From contig CM022675.1 of the NCBI GenBank assembly GCA_012295275.1, forward strand, positions 9,362,001-9,426,000: a DNA stretch of 64,000 nt. Reading direction: 5' to 3'. The notes below the pieces were generated by a model. The model had not been told where the DNA came from, made no database searches, and was given only the letters and a program-made list of their open reading frames with translations. This DNA comes from Chrysomallon squamiferum (taxonomy: Eukaryota; Animalia; Mollusca). The position numbers were made by a program, and so were the translations under genes. Of this stretch, positions 29,160 to 42,839 are shown in pieces. Positions within the stretch are counted from its first letter, which is position 1. The number at the start of each line of letters is the position of its first letter.

Positions 29160-29495
29160 CCTTTCAGTAGTAACTGTCTAGAGAATGCGTATTGTAATAA
29201 TTAGGAAATACGTAACTCTCCTCAGAGTACGTTATCTACTGAATACGTCTTGTTGTAGCTGTCTACTGAATATGTTTTGTAGCAACTGTCTACTGAATAC
29301 GTCTTGTTGTAACTGTCTACTGAATACGTATTGTAGCGACTGTTTATTGAATACGTCTTTAGCAACTGTCTACTGAATACGTCTTGTAGCGACTGTCTAC
29401 TGAATACGTCTCATAGCAACTGTCTGCTGAATACGTCTTGTAGCGACTGTCTACTGAATACGTCTTATAGTAACTTGCTTACTGAATACGTCGTA
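29160..29495. repeat. 27/30-bp minisatellite B, about 10-12 copies
   Basis: Consensus ctgtctactgaatacgtcttgtagc(a/g)a. Confidence 0.95.
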
Positions 29496-29949
29496 CACTA
29501 GATATCTATTGAAGGTATCATGAAGAAAATATCCATTAGATGAGTTTTACAACAAACAATCAGTTACACAATACGTCGTCTAACGAACAAAATTTAAAAT
29601 AAGTACTTTCTTTTGTTCTCATCTTTGTTAGAATCGTGAACCCAGAAAGATTATTCCTTTAAGTCTTCACGATTAAGTTTAATAAAAAAAAAAAAAAAGA
29701 AAAGAAGTACAACAGTTGCAATATGCATCAAATGCACAGGTGGACAGTTTGAATACAGCTTGAAGAAATGGACCGTGCCATACATGTATCAGTCCCCACA
29801 TTGTACACCAGGATCTTTATAAACAGGTACCGTATCCCAAAATAAACTCGATAATCTATCCGTAATCCATCCGTCCGAACCAGTGTTAGTTCCATTATCA
29901 CTTATATAATATACATATAAGTACTTATTATATTACAAGAAAATATAAT

Positions 29950-29984
<35 letters not shown>

Positions 29985-30556
29985 CAAAAAAAAAACAAAA
30001 CTTCTTCTTTAGTTCAAAAGTGTTTCCGGTAGCGCCATTGGTAAGAACGTATTGAAAACAAACTTTATCTTTATTCTACCCGCAGTTTACGCGGCTCGAT
30101 AATATGTATGCATACGCGAGAACGTCTTTTGAATTAACACGTTGATTTGCCAGTGTCGGTTCGGAATACAGCGTAGTCGAATCGTGACCTCAATCTGCTT
30201 GTCTGAAAAGAACACGATCAATAACGCTAGGTGCCATTTAATGCATATTCATGAGCACCGAAATTAGCAGGCGGCCTGGCCTATACGCGGTAGACTACGG
30301 TAAGTTGGTTTTTTGTAACGTTTTGGAATAAGAATGCGAGCTAAAGACAAGAGGTGGCAATGAACTGGATTATGTCAGTAGAGTGATTGTTAACACACAG
30401 TCAGATGTGAGAGATGTTTGGCCTCTTAAAAAACTGTAATTTAACTCACTGGTTCAAAATCCGTTGTATTTATAACGAAAGGTTAAAACAGTTCTTTTTA
30501 TCGGAACGTATATGTTCACGAATATACGTAGATACGTAAATACATACATACATACA

Positions 30557-30588
<32 letters not shown>

Positions 30589-30610
30589 CATACATACATA
30601 CATACATACA

Positions 30611-30644
<34 letters not shown>

Positions 30645-31216
30645 CACAAAACCCAAAACATACAAAACAAATACAAAAACAACAACCCACATACATACAG
30701 GAACATACATTATAAACAAAACCGAAAAACCCATAAAAACCCACATACACACAGGAACATAGGTACATATGCACAAAAAACCAAATCACATATATAAATG
30801 CACTTACAAACATACAAACATACATACATACATACATACATACACATACATATGCACATGCACATGCACACATACACACACATATACACACAAATGGACA
30901 CACAAACATACAAACAGACAGACCGATGCGTTTCAAACGTTTAATAAAACCATGCAGCGGAACCTAATAAAAGCTATATATACACGTATTCCTATCCCAT
31001 ATCTCTGTGACCGCATCTGACACCTTTAAAACACAGATAGCTGACTACGTATGTGTACAACGACAACGTGGAGTAGCTACGTGTCCGGCAACACACTGCA
31101 TCGTAGCATTTGTAGTTCACTTCTGTAGTTTACCTCCAGAGGACAGCTCGCATTTCCTAGATATCAGCTGAAGTGATAATGTATTTGTTAGTCATTCCTG
31201 TGCTGTATGACATCTA

Positions 31217-31710
31217 TTTTACATGTTAGAAAGTCATTCAAAAGAGTCAGTTTAATATGATAGAAGGTCGTATTATATTTCTTAGATCATATTGGGACAT
31301 ATGTCAATTTTACATGATAAATAGTCATTCTAGAAAGTCATTTTTATATGACAGAAAGTCGTATTATATTTCTTAGATCATAAATGGGACATATGCCAAT
31401 TTTACATGGTAGAAAGTCATTCTAGAAAGTCAGTTTAATATTATAGAAAGTCGTATTATATTCCTTAGATCATAAATGGGACATATGTCAATTTTACATT
31501 ATAGAAAGTCATTCTAGAAAGTTAGTTTTATATGACAGAAAGTCATTTTATATTTCTTTGATCATAATGGGACATATGTCAATTTTACATGGTAGAAAGT
31601 CATTCTAGAAAGTCAGTTTAATATTATAGAAAGTCATATTATATTTCTTTGATCCTAATGGGATATATAATATCAATTTAACATTATAGAAAATCATACT
31701 GTATTTCTTG
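31217..31710. repeat. ~91-92-bp tandem repeat, about 5.5 copies
   Basis: Unit ttttacat..tagaaagtcattctagaaagtca.ttt.atat.a.agaaagtc.tattatatttctt.gatcat..tgggacatatgtcaa, with three internal agaaagtc subrepeats. Confidence 0.97.
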
Positions 31711-32539
31711 GTTCTTGTTAGGAGAAACAGATGATTTGATACTTTCAGTTTAAGTCTGTGTATATGTGTGTTTATATATATATATGTGTGTGTATGTAAG
31801 CATTTTTGTAGGTATATATGTATGTGTGTATGTGTGAATATATATATATATATATATTTATGTGTGTGTAAGCATTTTTGTATGTATGTATGTATGTGTA
31901 TGTTTAAGTTACATATTATACACAGACAATAAACGGATTAAAAAGTAGAACAGTAAAGGTGACACTTTAAAAAAAAAAACGAAAAAAAAAGCATTCACTA
32001 TAAAGTTATTGTGAAAAAAAAAAAAAAAAAAAAAAAAAAACGAGAAAAAAAAAACACGAAGCTAGTGGGAACTCTGCAGACGTGAATGGACGTTATTTCA
32101 CGATGGAGTTCGGGTGTTAACCTAGCGTTCCAGTTTGACAACGGCGCGCTGTGTGTATTCGCTGACATCTCGCGACCTCAGGCACCGCTGACAGCGTCAG
32201 CCACGACACACGACGTCCGCCACAGCGAACTGCAGTCAATTGAGAGACAGAAAAACAAAAGCACGACGCGATAATGTGATCGCATCTCTGATATTTCGCA
32301 CGTTTTAGAACGTTTTTCAGCGAATGTAATGACATTAAATGAGATTAAATAAAAAAAAAATATATATATATATGATAAATAAATATAAAAAAATAAAAAA
32401 ATAAAAAATTACTTGACTCAACTGGTTTGGCCTTGCACTTTGCGAATGCATTATTCATTCTTGGGTGTATGTTAACTATCATGTTACCTGGCTTAGTTAA
32501 AACGTTTCAGTGCATAGATGCATTACAAGTTACCGTGTG

Positions 32540-32902
32540 CAGATAACAAATTAAGACACACAGATACAAATTACGTGCAGATACAAATTAGACGTACATA
32601 TATAAATTACGACGTACAAATATAAATGACGATGTTCAGATACAAATTACGACGTACAGATACAAATTACGTTCAGAATAAATTACGTTCAGAACAAATT
32701 ACGTTCAGATAAAAATTACGTTCAGATACAAATTACGTTCAGAACAAATTACGTTCAAATACAAATTACGTTCAGATACAAATTACGTTCAGAACAAATT
32801 ACGTACAGATACAAATTACGTTCAGATACAATTACGTTCAGAACAAATTACGACGTACAGATACAAATTACGACGTACAGATACAAATTACGGCGTACAG
32901 AT
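32540..32902. repeat. 16-20-bp minisatellite (acaaattacgttcagat / acaaattacgacgtacagat)
   Basis: About 20 copies. 20-bp variants sit mostly at the edges and 16-17-bp variants in the middle. Confidence 0.96.
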
Positions 32903-33368
32903 TCAAGCCAGATTGTCCGAAAAAGAGGTTACAGGATATCTGCATAATATCAACTGACAGAATCTGTGATTTCTTTTGTTAATTCCTTTTCTTCCTCAGG
33001 TAGATAGATATACACATGTTTTCAATCTTACCTCTACCCCGACCCCTCCAGTTCGGGCGTGTGTTGAAATATTATAACTATTTTTTTTTTTTAATAAACT
33101 TGAAATTTCAATGGGTTTTAAGACCACCCACCGTCATATCCACTCTTTAAGGAATACACCGCCATCAGCCTTGAACCCTCTTTGTAGGTCACACCCAAGG
33201 CCAAAACAGCAATATCGCATCTCTGGATATCTGGACCTTCCTTGTTCTGATGTGTTATTGTAGTTTATGACACATACAACTACTCCATATAAAACATATC
33301 TATGTCTGCATGAAATTAATAAGTCAGTTTTTATCAGTATTGTTGTTGTTCTTACTATTATTATTACT

Positions 33369-33401
<33 letters not shown>

Positions 33402-33405
33402 ATTG

Positions 33406-33496
<91 letters not shown>

Positions 33497-36360
33497 ATTT
33501 CTCTCCGTGTGTATGTGAGTGTGTGTATCTGTGTGTGTGTGTATCTCTGTGTGTCTGTTTGTTAAATTATTAATCTAAAACTAGTGACGTCAACTAGGAA
33601 CTAAAGTTGGGCAGTAAAGTTAAAGAAACCACAATTTAGAACTAAAATGGTGGGTAGCCATATTGCTGAAACAGTAGCACATATCCATTTAGTTCTAAAT
33701 TCGGGTACAAGGTACTCTTTCATTTCTAAATTAACATAAGTCGTATTATTACACATAATGTATTTCATCCACTATATTATTCAAAGCTTGGGTAAACCAC
33801 ACTCTTTTAGGCAATTCTCATTTCAGTATTTAATTAAGAATAAATAAACCTGAATATCAAATGCTATTTCAGACAATATACTTTATCCACTGTTTAATTA
33901 AAAAAAAAATATGGTCCAGTGCACTGATACAATGCTAATGCGCTGATCTCAGTATTAACTGTACACTCTGATACGTAGTACCCTACATACATCCAGTATT
34001 TAATTCAAAACTCTGTTAGCGGAGTTCTGTTTCGTTCGCCGGTATAATCTGACACTGGGGTATAATTTGACACAGGGTATTATTTCATCCGTTACACCGT
34101 TATCGCATGAAGCCCAAGTTAATCGGAAACCAGAAGAGGTAATTCGATAAGCTTGGCTGATCACATGATTTTGGCCATTTAAAAAAAAAAAAAAAATAAA
34201 AAATATAAAAAAAATAAAAAAAAATATAAAAAAAAAAATAAAATAAAAAAAAACAAAAACAAAGAAAGAAAAACTATCCCTTAAAAAGTAAGAGTAAGAA
34301 AATCTGGTACAGATGTATTTCAGGTAAAAAAAAAAAAAAAAAAAAAAAGAAGGTTCTGCGTACACAAAGGTTAATTCTTTTTCGACATTTAACATAAATA
34401 ACAGTTCATGTTACTACGTGTTGTGTCGATCGAACAAGTATATGAAAACCCGCTCGGAAGGTTTAAGCACATCAGTCATAGGCGTACAGCTTCTGTGTGG
34501 TCTTGAGCTTGCAAGTGGGGAGTTTGGTGTTCGTTGTCGAGTTAGTTTGTTAGTGGCTTCTTGTGGTGTTGGGGTTAGGTTAGTTTGTTAACAGTTCTTG
34601 AGGAGACAGGATTCTTATACACGTAAACATATACATGCATATTTATGTATAAGTATATGTTTGAGTATCTGCTACATAACTAATATTATTTACTTAATGT
34701 TTAAATAACAAATTGTTTATTGTTTATTGTGAATAACTCAACTCCAAGTCCGTTTCAAAACAGACGACGTAATCATAAAAAAAAAAAAAAAAAACCCTTT
34801 ATGACGTAATATCTAATTTCTGTGACGTCACGAGGGAAACCATTAGAAATCGCGACATTTAAGCGAGAAGACCTACGACGTGTTCATGTGCAGGTATTAC
34901 GTATAAGTCTAGGTTATTAGGCTTAAAATTTCCTTATTTATGGGTGAGTTGGCGAACTCGCTTTAGGCCTAAATAATAAAGATAAAAATTATACTTATTA
35001 TTTATGCGTGACTTGTCAAAATGGCTCTTTACCGTGCATTCATGCATTTTTAGGAGTATCCTTTTCGCGAAGGCATAATTATACGTTAGTAAAAAAAAAA
35101 AAAAATAAAAAAAATAAATAAAAAATAAAAAAGAGATCAGTTTTAAAATAGCTTTCTTAACGGTGTGAGACATTTTTGTGTCCTTGTTGTTATTAGACCA
35201 TATCAGCCCCATGTGTTCGACGGACCATCCCTAAAACTGTCTTTCATAGATCCGCCCAAAGACGTTGATGAATCGTTTAAATAAGTGACTTTCTGATAAC
35301 AACAGCGACAACGACGAAGATTACAACAACAACAACAACAGCAATAATAATAACAATAATAATAATAATTTTAATAATAATGATAATGATAATGACAGCA
35401 ATAGCATCAGCAACAACAACAACAATAATAATTTATTATAATAATAATAATAATAATAATAATAATTATTATTATTAGTATTATTATCAAAAGTAGTTAT
35501 AGTTGGCTGACAATTTTATTACTGTCTCTTTGTCTATGTATGTATCTATGTATTATTATTATTATTGTTGTTATTGTTATTGCTATTATTATTACTGTTA
35601 TATCATCATCATCAAAATCATCACAACCATTTAAGTACTTCTACTGCTACTGTAACTACTACTACTACTACTAGAGCGAACTGTTGCTATTATTACTATT
35701 ACTGTTAGTAGTACAACGACTATTGTTACTGCTGCTGCTACTGCTACTACTACTGCTACCACTACAACTATTACTACTACAATTACTACTACAACTACTT
35801 CTAACACTTCCTTCACCACATGCTTTCTAACAAAACATAAAGAGAGAAAGAAAGAAAGAAAGAAGGACAGAAAAAAGAAAGAAAGAAAAAAATGAAAAAA
35901 TCTTGTATAAAAATTGTATAAACTTCAGCATTCATATTTTAGTATTCGGCGAATTTCAGTATTCGAACTTCGAATCTCAGTTTATATAGAATTTTTTTTT
36001 TTCCGTTTTCGAAATTAATGTCATATACAATGTTTTTTTTTATTAACACAAAGCTTAGGAACAAAACACCTATTGCAGCAAAAAATTAAAATATAATTAG
36101 ACACTGAATATGTATCTTAAGATTTCTGCTGTAGATTAATACTAAGCAAATACATTTTTATTATTTTTTCATTCTAAATCTTTGTATTGAATTGTACTGT
36201 GGAATATTTAGAGAATGGAAGTGACTATATTTTTTGTTATATATATTTTTTTTAAATGAATATTTATTAATAATAGTTTTGTTTATGTTAATGTGTTTAC
36301 TGTTTTCCATTTTAATTAGGAACATTTTTTTACACAGTCACGTTCAACTTTCTTAATTTG

Positions 36361-36391
<31 letters not shown>

Positions 36392-36616
36392 GGAATTTGT
36401 TTCATAATTTATATTAATGAACATGCGGCTGAATTAATTATTCATTCATTAATGCTTTTCTTTTTCATTCTTATTTATTTATTTATTCATTTTATTTATT
36501 TATTCATTTTATTAATTTTATTTATTTTATTTTATTTTAATATTTTATTTCATTTTATTTTATTTTTATTTTATTTTATTTTATTTTATTTTTAAATTTT
36601 TTTTTCATTTATTTTA

Positions 36617-36662
<46 letters not shown>

Positions 36663-36713
36663 TTATTTATTTATTTATTTATTTATATATTTATTTTATT
36701 TTATTTTATTAAT

Positions 36714-36820
<107 letters not shown>

Positions 36821-37575
36821 TACATTTTTATAACCCACATTTAACTTTACAACACCAAACCAAGAAAAACCGGGACACGCTAAGAGTTTGTCACATTGGT
36901 GGCGAACGACAAATTTACCTCTTTGCTTCTAGCTTATTACCATTACTTGCCAAGTTATCTCTGCAGTGAAGCAGGTAGAACGTACCCGGCATAGCCGGGT
37001 ATCCCCCCGTCAAGCACTGTCGATTTAACACACTGCCCTTGCCTGTCCGACAACCTTTTTCAACCGGTGCTGCCGCTTTTCAGGGTGGGAACACAGAACA
37101 ACAAAGCTAGCGCGTTTTTGCTGTTAATGCTACGCTTGTATAGAGAGAGTCATATTAAAACGTGCGTCCATTGTCCTACAAATTTCGGGTGTAATGTGGC
37201 AGCGTTTTTTCGGTGACAGACACTTTTAGGACGAGTGTTTAAGTCTACAGAGGATTTAACGACTTTAGTTATTTAAACGCGCAACCTCGGCTCGTTGTTA
37301 TTTTATTTTATTTATTTATTTAAATAAAAATAAATAAATAAATAAACGTATTTTTGTTTTAAGTTTATTTTAACAAGTAGAATAAGTCTTTTCGTTAAAT
37401 AAATGATTTAGGAGGGGTAAAAAATGAGAAGGGGGAAAGATTGTGTGTGTGTGTGTGTGTATGTGGATGTGTGTATATGGATGTATATAATGTATATATC
37501 ATTATCTATAAGCCTATCTTCTGTATGTCTGTTTGTAAATTAGTGTACGCACGTTTTTGTCTAAATAGTGATCGC

Positions 37576-37670
<95 letters not shown>

Positions 37671-38282
37671 ACAACACCATCATCGTCAACATCGTCACAC
37701 AACGGCTACACTCACTGTTTTTATCATGCGACAACGCACCCTTACAAACCCCAGTCAACGCAAAATTCACAATTTAAATTCACCATGTTCGGCGGTATCC
37801 TATTTTTATGATGCATTTAATTTTCCGGGTCGGTGTCATTGAAAACTTTTAATATCATAAAAACAACGTCATCCCCGTATTGCTGTTCGTCAACTACACC
37901 AACTGTTCATACCTTGACAATCGGTCCTGGTGCCGTGTAGATGTAATGTAACGCTATGTAGACGTTTCATAATTAACCTTGTTTGATGCACGTCGTTAAT
38001 GAAGGAATATTTTTTTTCTTTTTCTGTGATTAATATATGCGTACATGAAGTTATTATTAATTTTAGATGCAGCAGCATTAGTGATAGTGTTATTAATATT
38101 ATTGTTGTTGTTGTTGTTGTTGTTGTTATTATTATTATTATTATTGCTGGCGGTGGTGGTAGTAGTAATAGTAGTAAAAGCAATAGTAGCTGTATTATTA
38201 TTAATGTTAATATTATTATTATTAGTAGTAGTAGTAGTAGTAGTTGTATTATTATTAATGTTATTATTATTATTATTATTAT

Positions 38283-38326
<44 letters not shown>

Positions 38327-38754
38327 ACAGTCACAGTAATAGTCATATCATGGTGGTAGTGGTAGCAATAATGCTGTTGTAGCTGTTTTTACTATTGTTG
38401 TTACTTTTCTGGTTTCTAAATTTGTTTCATAGTATATTTCTGTGTGTGTGTGTGTGTCTATCTATATATATATTTATATATACACACAAACACATACATA
38501 TGAACAGTTGCCACAGATGTGGGTAAAAATACACATTCAAATATTTAAAATGTGTCTATTTTTGCTTTTTGATTATGTACACATGTATAATACACAGTAT
38601 GTATGTATGTATGTATATATATATATATATATACAGAGAGAGAGAGAGAGGGGAGAGAGAGAGACAGGAGACAGAGAGAGAGAGAGAGAGAGGGGGAGAT
38701 AGAGAGGGAGACAGAGAGACAGGGAGAGAGAGAGAGAGGGGGGACGGAGAGAGA

Positions 38755-38840
<86 letters not shown>

Positions 38841-38938
38841 CGTTCTCACTCATTACACACACACACACACACATATATATTCACCAAACATATAGAGACA
38901 CATACAACTATACACATACATATTCAATATTCCTATAA

Positions 38939-38999
<61 letters not shown>

Positions 39000-39259
39000 A
39001 GAGAGATCACCTGACCCAAAATGAATGTCAGTTGTTACTCCGCCGATGTCTTTCTTGAATAACGAATCGCACACTGTGAGATCGCTCAGGCTTGACTACG
39101 TAATAAGTCTGAAAACCATGAATGAAGCTTGAGTCTGTCGCGCACCGAGGGCTGTAAAATAGCGAAGACTTTTCGGTCCTGTTGACATTGTGTTCATTCG
39201 CTCAACTGTGTCCGATGCCTGGCTTAAACAAGTGGGAGAAATTTTGAGAAACTACAAAC

Positions 39260-39852
39260 CTGTTGAATATATATATATATATATATCTGAGCAAGAAATC
39301 GAGGGACAGTTTATAAGGGGAAAAAAAATGTAAGAAACACGATTATTGAACATAAACCTGAAAGAAATGAAGGGATTTTTTTTTTAAAAATTAAAACAGC
39401 AAATACTGATTAATATATTTATAAGAAATCGAGGGATAGTTTATGAAGGAAAAAACGTAGAAACACGATCATTGAACATAACCTGAAAGAAATGGAGGGA
39501 AATTTGTTTTAGAAATTAAAAAACAGTAGATATTGATCGATATATTTATAAGAAATCGAGGGACAGTTTATAGGAAAAATTAGAAACGCAACTCTTGAAT
39601 ATATTTGCAAAAATTCGAGGACAGTTTAAAGCAAGAATTGTAGCCTAATGTTTCTTAAATAAGACGACAGTTAGTAGGAAATCGTAGAAACACAACCACT
39701 GCAAGAAATCGAGGAACAATTAGAAATACAACTCTTGAATATTATTTGACAGTTTATAGAAATACAGAAACACAACCACTGCAAGAAATCGAGGACAAAT
39801 TAGAAATACAGCTCTTGAATATTATTTGACAGTTTATAGAAATACAGAAACA
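39260..39852. repeat. Compound tandem repeat (~128-bp units, then an ~80-bp duplication) built on aagaaatcgagg...gtttata
   Basis: gaaatcgag recurs at ~39295, 39424, 39551, 39705 and 39785. Confidence 0.88.
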
Positions 39853-39989
39853 ATTAATAACAAATGTATTAGTTTTCTTGTTTCTGATAGTAAAATTAGT
39901 CACATTATAAGCAGGATTAAACATGTTACGAATATAAACCCTGAGTTTTACTGGTTTTTTTTTTTTTTTTTTTTGAAGTTCAGATGAGT

Positions 39990-40420
39990 TATAGCATTGA
40001 GTGTTAAGACTGTTTAATGCTTGAATGAATAGAAACATTGATATTTACATTGTTTAAAATATTGAGTGAACACGAATATTGAGTTTTACGTTGTTTAAAG
40101 CTCGGGTGAAAATAAACATTGAGCGTTAACTTTTTATTCCAAACTCGGGTGAATGAATATAAACATTGAGTTTTACACTGATTAAAGCTCGGGTGAAAAC
40201 AAACATTGAGTGTTAACTTTTTATTCCAAACTCGGGTGAATATAAACATTGAGTTTTGAGCTGTTTAAAGCTCGGGTAAATATAAACATCGAGTTTCACA
40301 CTGTTTAAAGCTCGGGTGAATGTAGCATTGAGCTTTATTGTTGTCTGAGGCTCGAGTGAATGCACCTATCCAGTTCCAGCTTTGATTAAAGTTTGGAAAA
40401 CGTATACATTGAGTTTTTGC
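39990..40420. repeat. ~40-44-bp minisatellite (aaacattgag...aagctcgggtgaa)
   Basis: ctcgggtgaa-type core at 40101, 40144, 40188, 40231, 40272, 40311 and 40352. Confidence 0.93.
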
Positions 40421-42137
40421 TGTGCTTGAAGATTTTCAAAAAAAACAACAACAACTCGGTGATGATAATCACTGTCTGGCTCAGTGAAACGTGATGACGT
40501 AGATATCCGTCTGAAACGTGAATCCTATCACAGACAATCTGTCTCTCTCTCTCTCGTTCCCCCCTCCCCCACCTCGTTTTCGTTCTTAAATATCACGCCT
40601 GTCACGTGACCACCGCCATCGATTGTGTGCACCTTAACAAGTTTTAAACTGAAATTTTAATTTTAATTAGTATCACTTTTGTGTTCTGGACAAAACGGTC
40701 AGCAGATGGATGACCAAGATGGACGTCCCAGAACCACTATGTTGTGGACGAAATTAATGATTAATGCACGTGCATATGTGTAAGTGTGTAATATATTTTA
40801 TGTATGGTAACAATCCTTGTTTTTGTGTATATTTATAATCATTATGTATGAATACTGGTGTAAATATGGGTGTAAGGACCTATATGTATGCTTATATTGC
40901 ATAAATGTTTGTATGTATGTATGTATGTATGTATGTATGTATGTATGTATTAATGTATGTTTGTAGGTAGGTAGGTGGGCATGTAGGTATGTTTGTATAT
41001 ATGTTAATGTATGTATGTATGTATGTAAGTATTTATGAATGTATGTATGTATGTGTTTATGTAAATATGTTTGTATGAATGTATATATTTATGTATGTAT
41101 GTTTGTGTATGTATGTATGCATGTATCTATGTATGTATGTATGTATGTATGTATGTATGTTCGTACGTATGTTTATCAGTATATACATATGTAACTGTAT
41201 CTACATCTACATAAGTATTAAAAAACATTCACGTAATACCATTTGTATATGCACGAATACGTACGTTATTTTAATTTGTTGTTTTAAAGATCTATGCACC
41301 CTTCTAAATCCTCCCTTCTCTCATTTTAACACTAAAACACAGTCTCCGGTATATGTACGGTTTAGATAGAAGCTCGGCAATGTAACATACGCTAAAGGTA
41401 AAGTTTCGTCTGTCTGTGTTTCGGTCAATGCCGGTGTTCCGTACGTCCCTAGCGAGATAGTAATCGAGAGGCAGGAATAAATACATCGATAAATACAACA
41501 AAAAAACAAAAAAAAAAAAACCACGCTGAAACAGTGTCCATTTAAATATCTTGTTTACAGAAGTGAAGCAAGAAAATATCTTTTTGCGTATTTTTTTCAA
41601 CAAAAAAAAAAAAAAAAAAAAAAAAAAAACCAAACGAAAAAAAAAAACGAAACGAAAAAAAAAAGAAAAAATTAAAAACTCATTCTCACTGCATGACAAG
41701 AAGCCATAAATAACACAATTGAAAGAACAAATTTAACACACAAAGATTCACTCGTTTATAAACGAAAACATTTAAAATTAATGTACCTCTGTGCACGCGG
41801 GTGAGTCCTTTCATGGGTGCGGAAGTGGGTGGGATGGCACCACACCTGAAGCAACTCTTTTTTTTTATATTATTACTGTTGTTGTTGCTGCTGTTGTTGT
41901 AGTTGTTGTTATTTTATTATTATTGTTGTTGTTGTTGTTAATTACTATTACTACTACTCTTACAACTACTATTTTTATTATTAATATAATAGTATTATTG
42001 TTGTTATTATTATTATTTGGTTTTGTTTATTACTTCTACTGCTGCTACTGCTAAACCATTATTTTTGGTTTTATTACATTATATATTTACTATTTATTAT
42101 ATTACTATATGATATTATTGTCGTTGTTATTATTATA

Positions 42138-42168
<31 letters not shown>

Positions 42169-42797
42169 TTTATTATTATTATCACAAAAAAAAAAAAAAA
42201 AAAAAAAAAAAGATTCTCTCAAAGTTCATTGACTTAACTATTTTATTATTGAGAGCTACAAAACACCCACCACGAATCTCAATGGTTTCTATTGTCGTTG
42301 TCGTAGCCGTATTGGACGTGTCAGTTTCACAGGTGTGTAGCTGGAAAGTGGACTGGGGTTTTTTTTAAGACTGTAAACACGTAAAATTTAAATTTAGATT
42401 CTGGCTTTCTTTTCTTCATCTGCGAGAACGATTGTCATGGTGGTAGTTGTTTTAAAACGTATTTGCATGGACGTAGTCGTAGTAGTAGCTGAAGAAGTAG
42501 TAAAGGTTTTACTGCCGGTTGTAGCAGTATTACAGTAATAGATGTTTGGTAGTGGTGGTGGTAGCAGTAGTTGTTGTGGTGGCGTTGACGGTGATGTTTC
42601 GGATATTGGTAGTTGTAATAGCAATAGTAGTAATAGTAGTAATAGTAGCAGTAGTAATAGTAGTAATAGTAGCAGTAGTAATAGTAGTAATAGTAGCAGT
42701 AGTAGTGGTGGTAATAGTATCAGTAATAGTTGTAGTAATAGCAGCAGAAGTATTAGTGGCAATAACAGTAGCAATAGTAGTAGTAGTAGTAGTAGTA

Positions 42798-42839
<42 letters not shown>

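Noticed and set aside
30251-30299. Alternative first exon MSTEISRRPGLYAVDY with a perfect phase-1 G|gtaagt donor
   Set aside because: In phase with exon 2 but has no signal peptide and an in-frame stop just upstream. Exon 22025-22175 fits far better. A minor non-secreted isoform cannot be excluded without RNA data.
40526-40545. tatcacagac resembling a miR-2-family 5' end
   Set aside because: The remainder does not match miR-2 and the seed does not fall in a proper hairpin stem.
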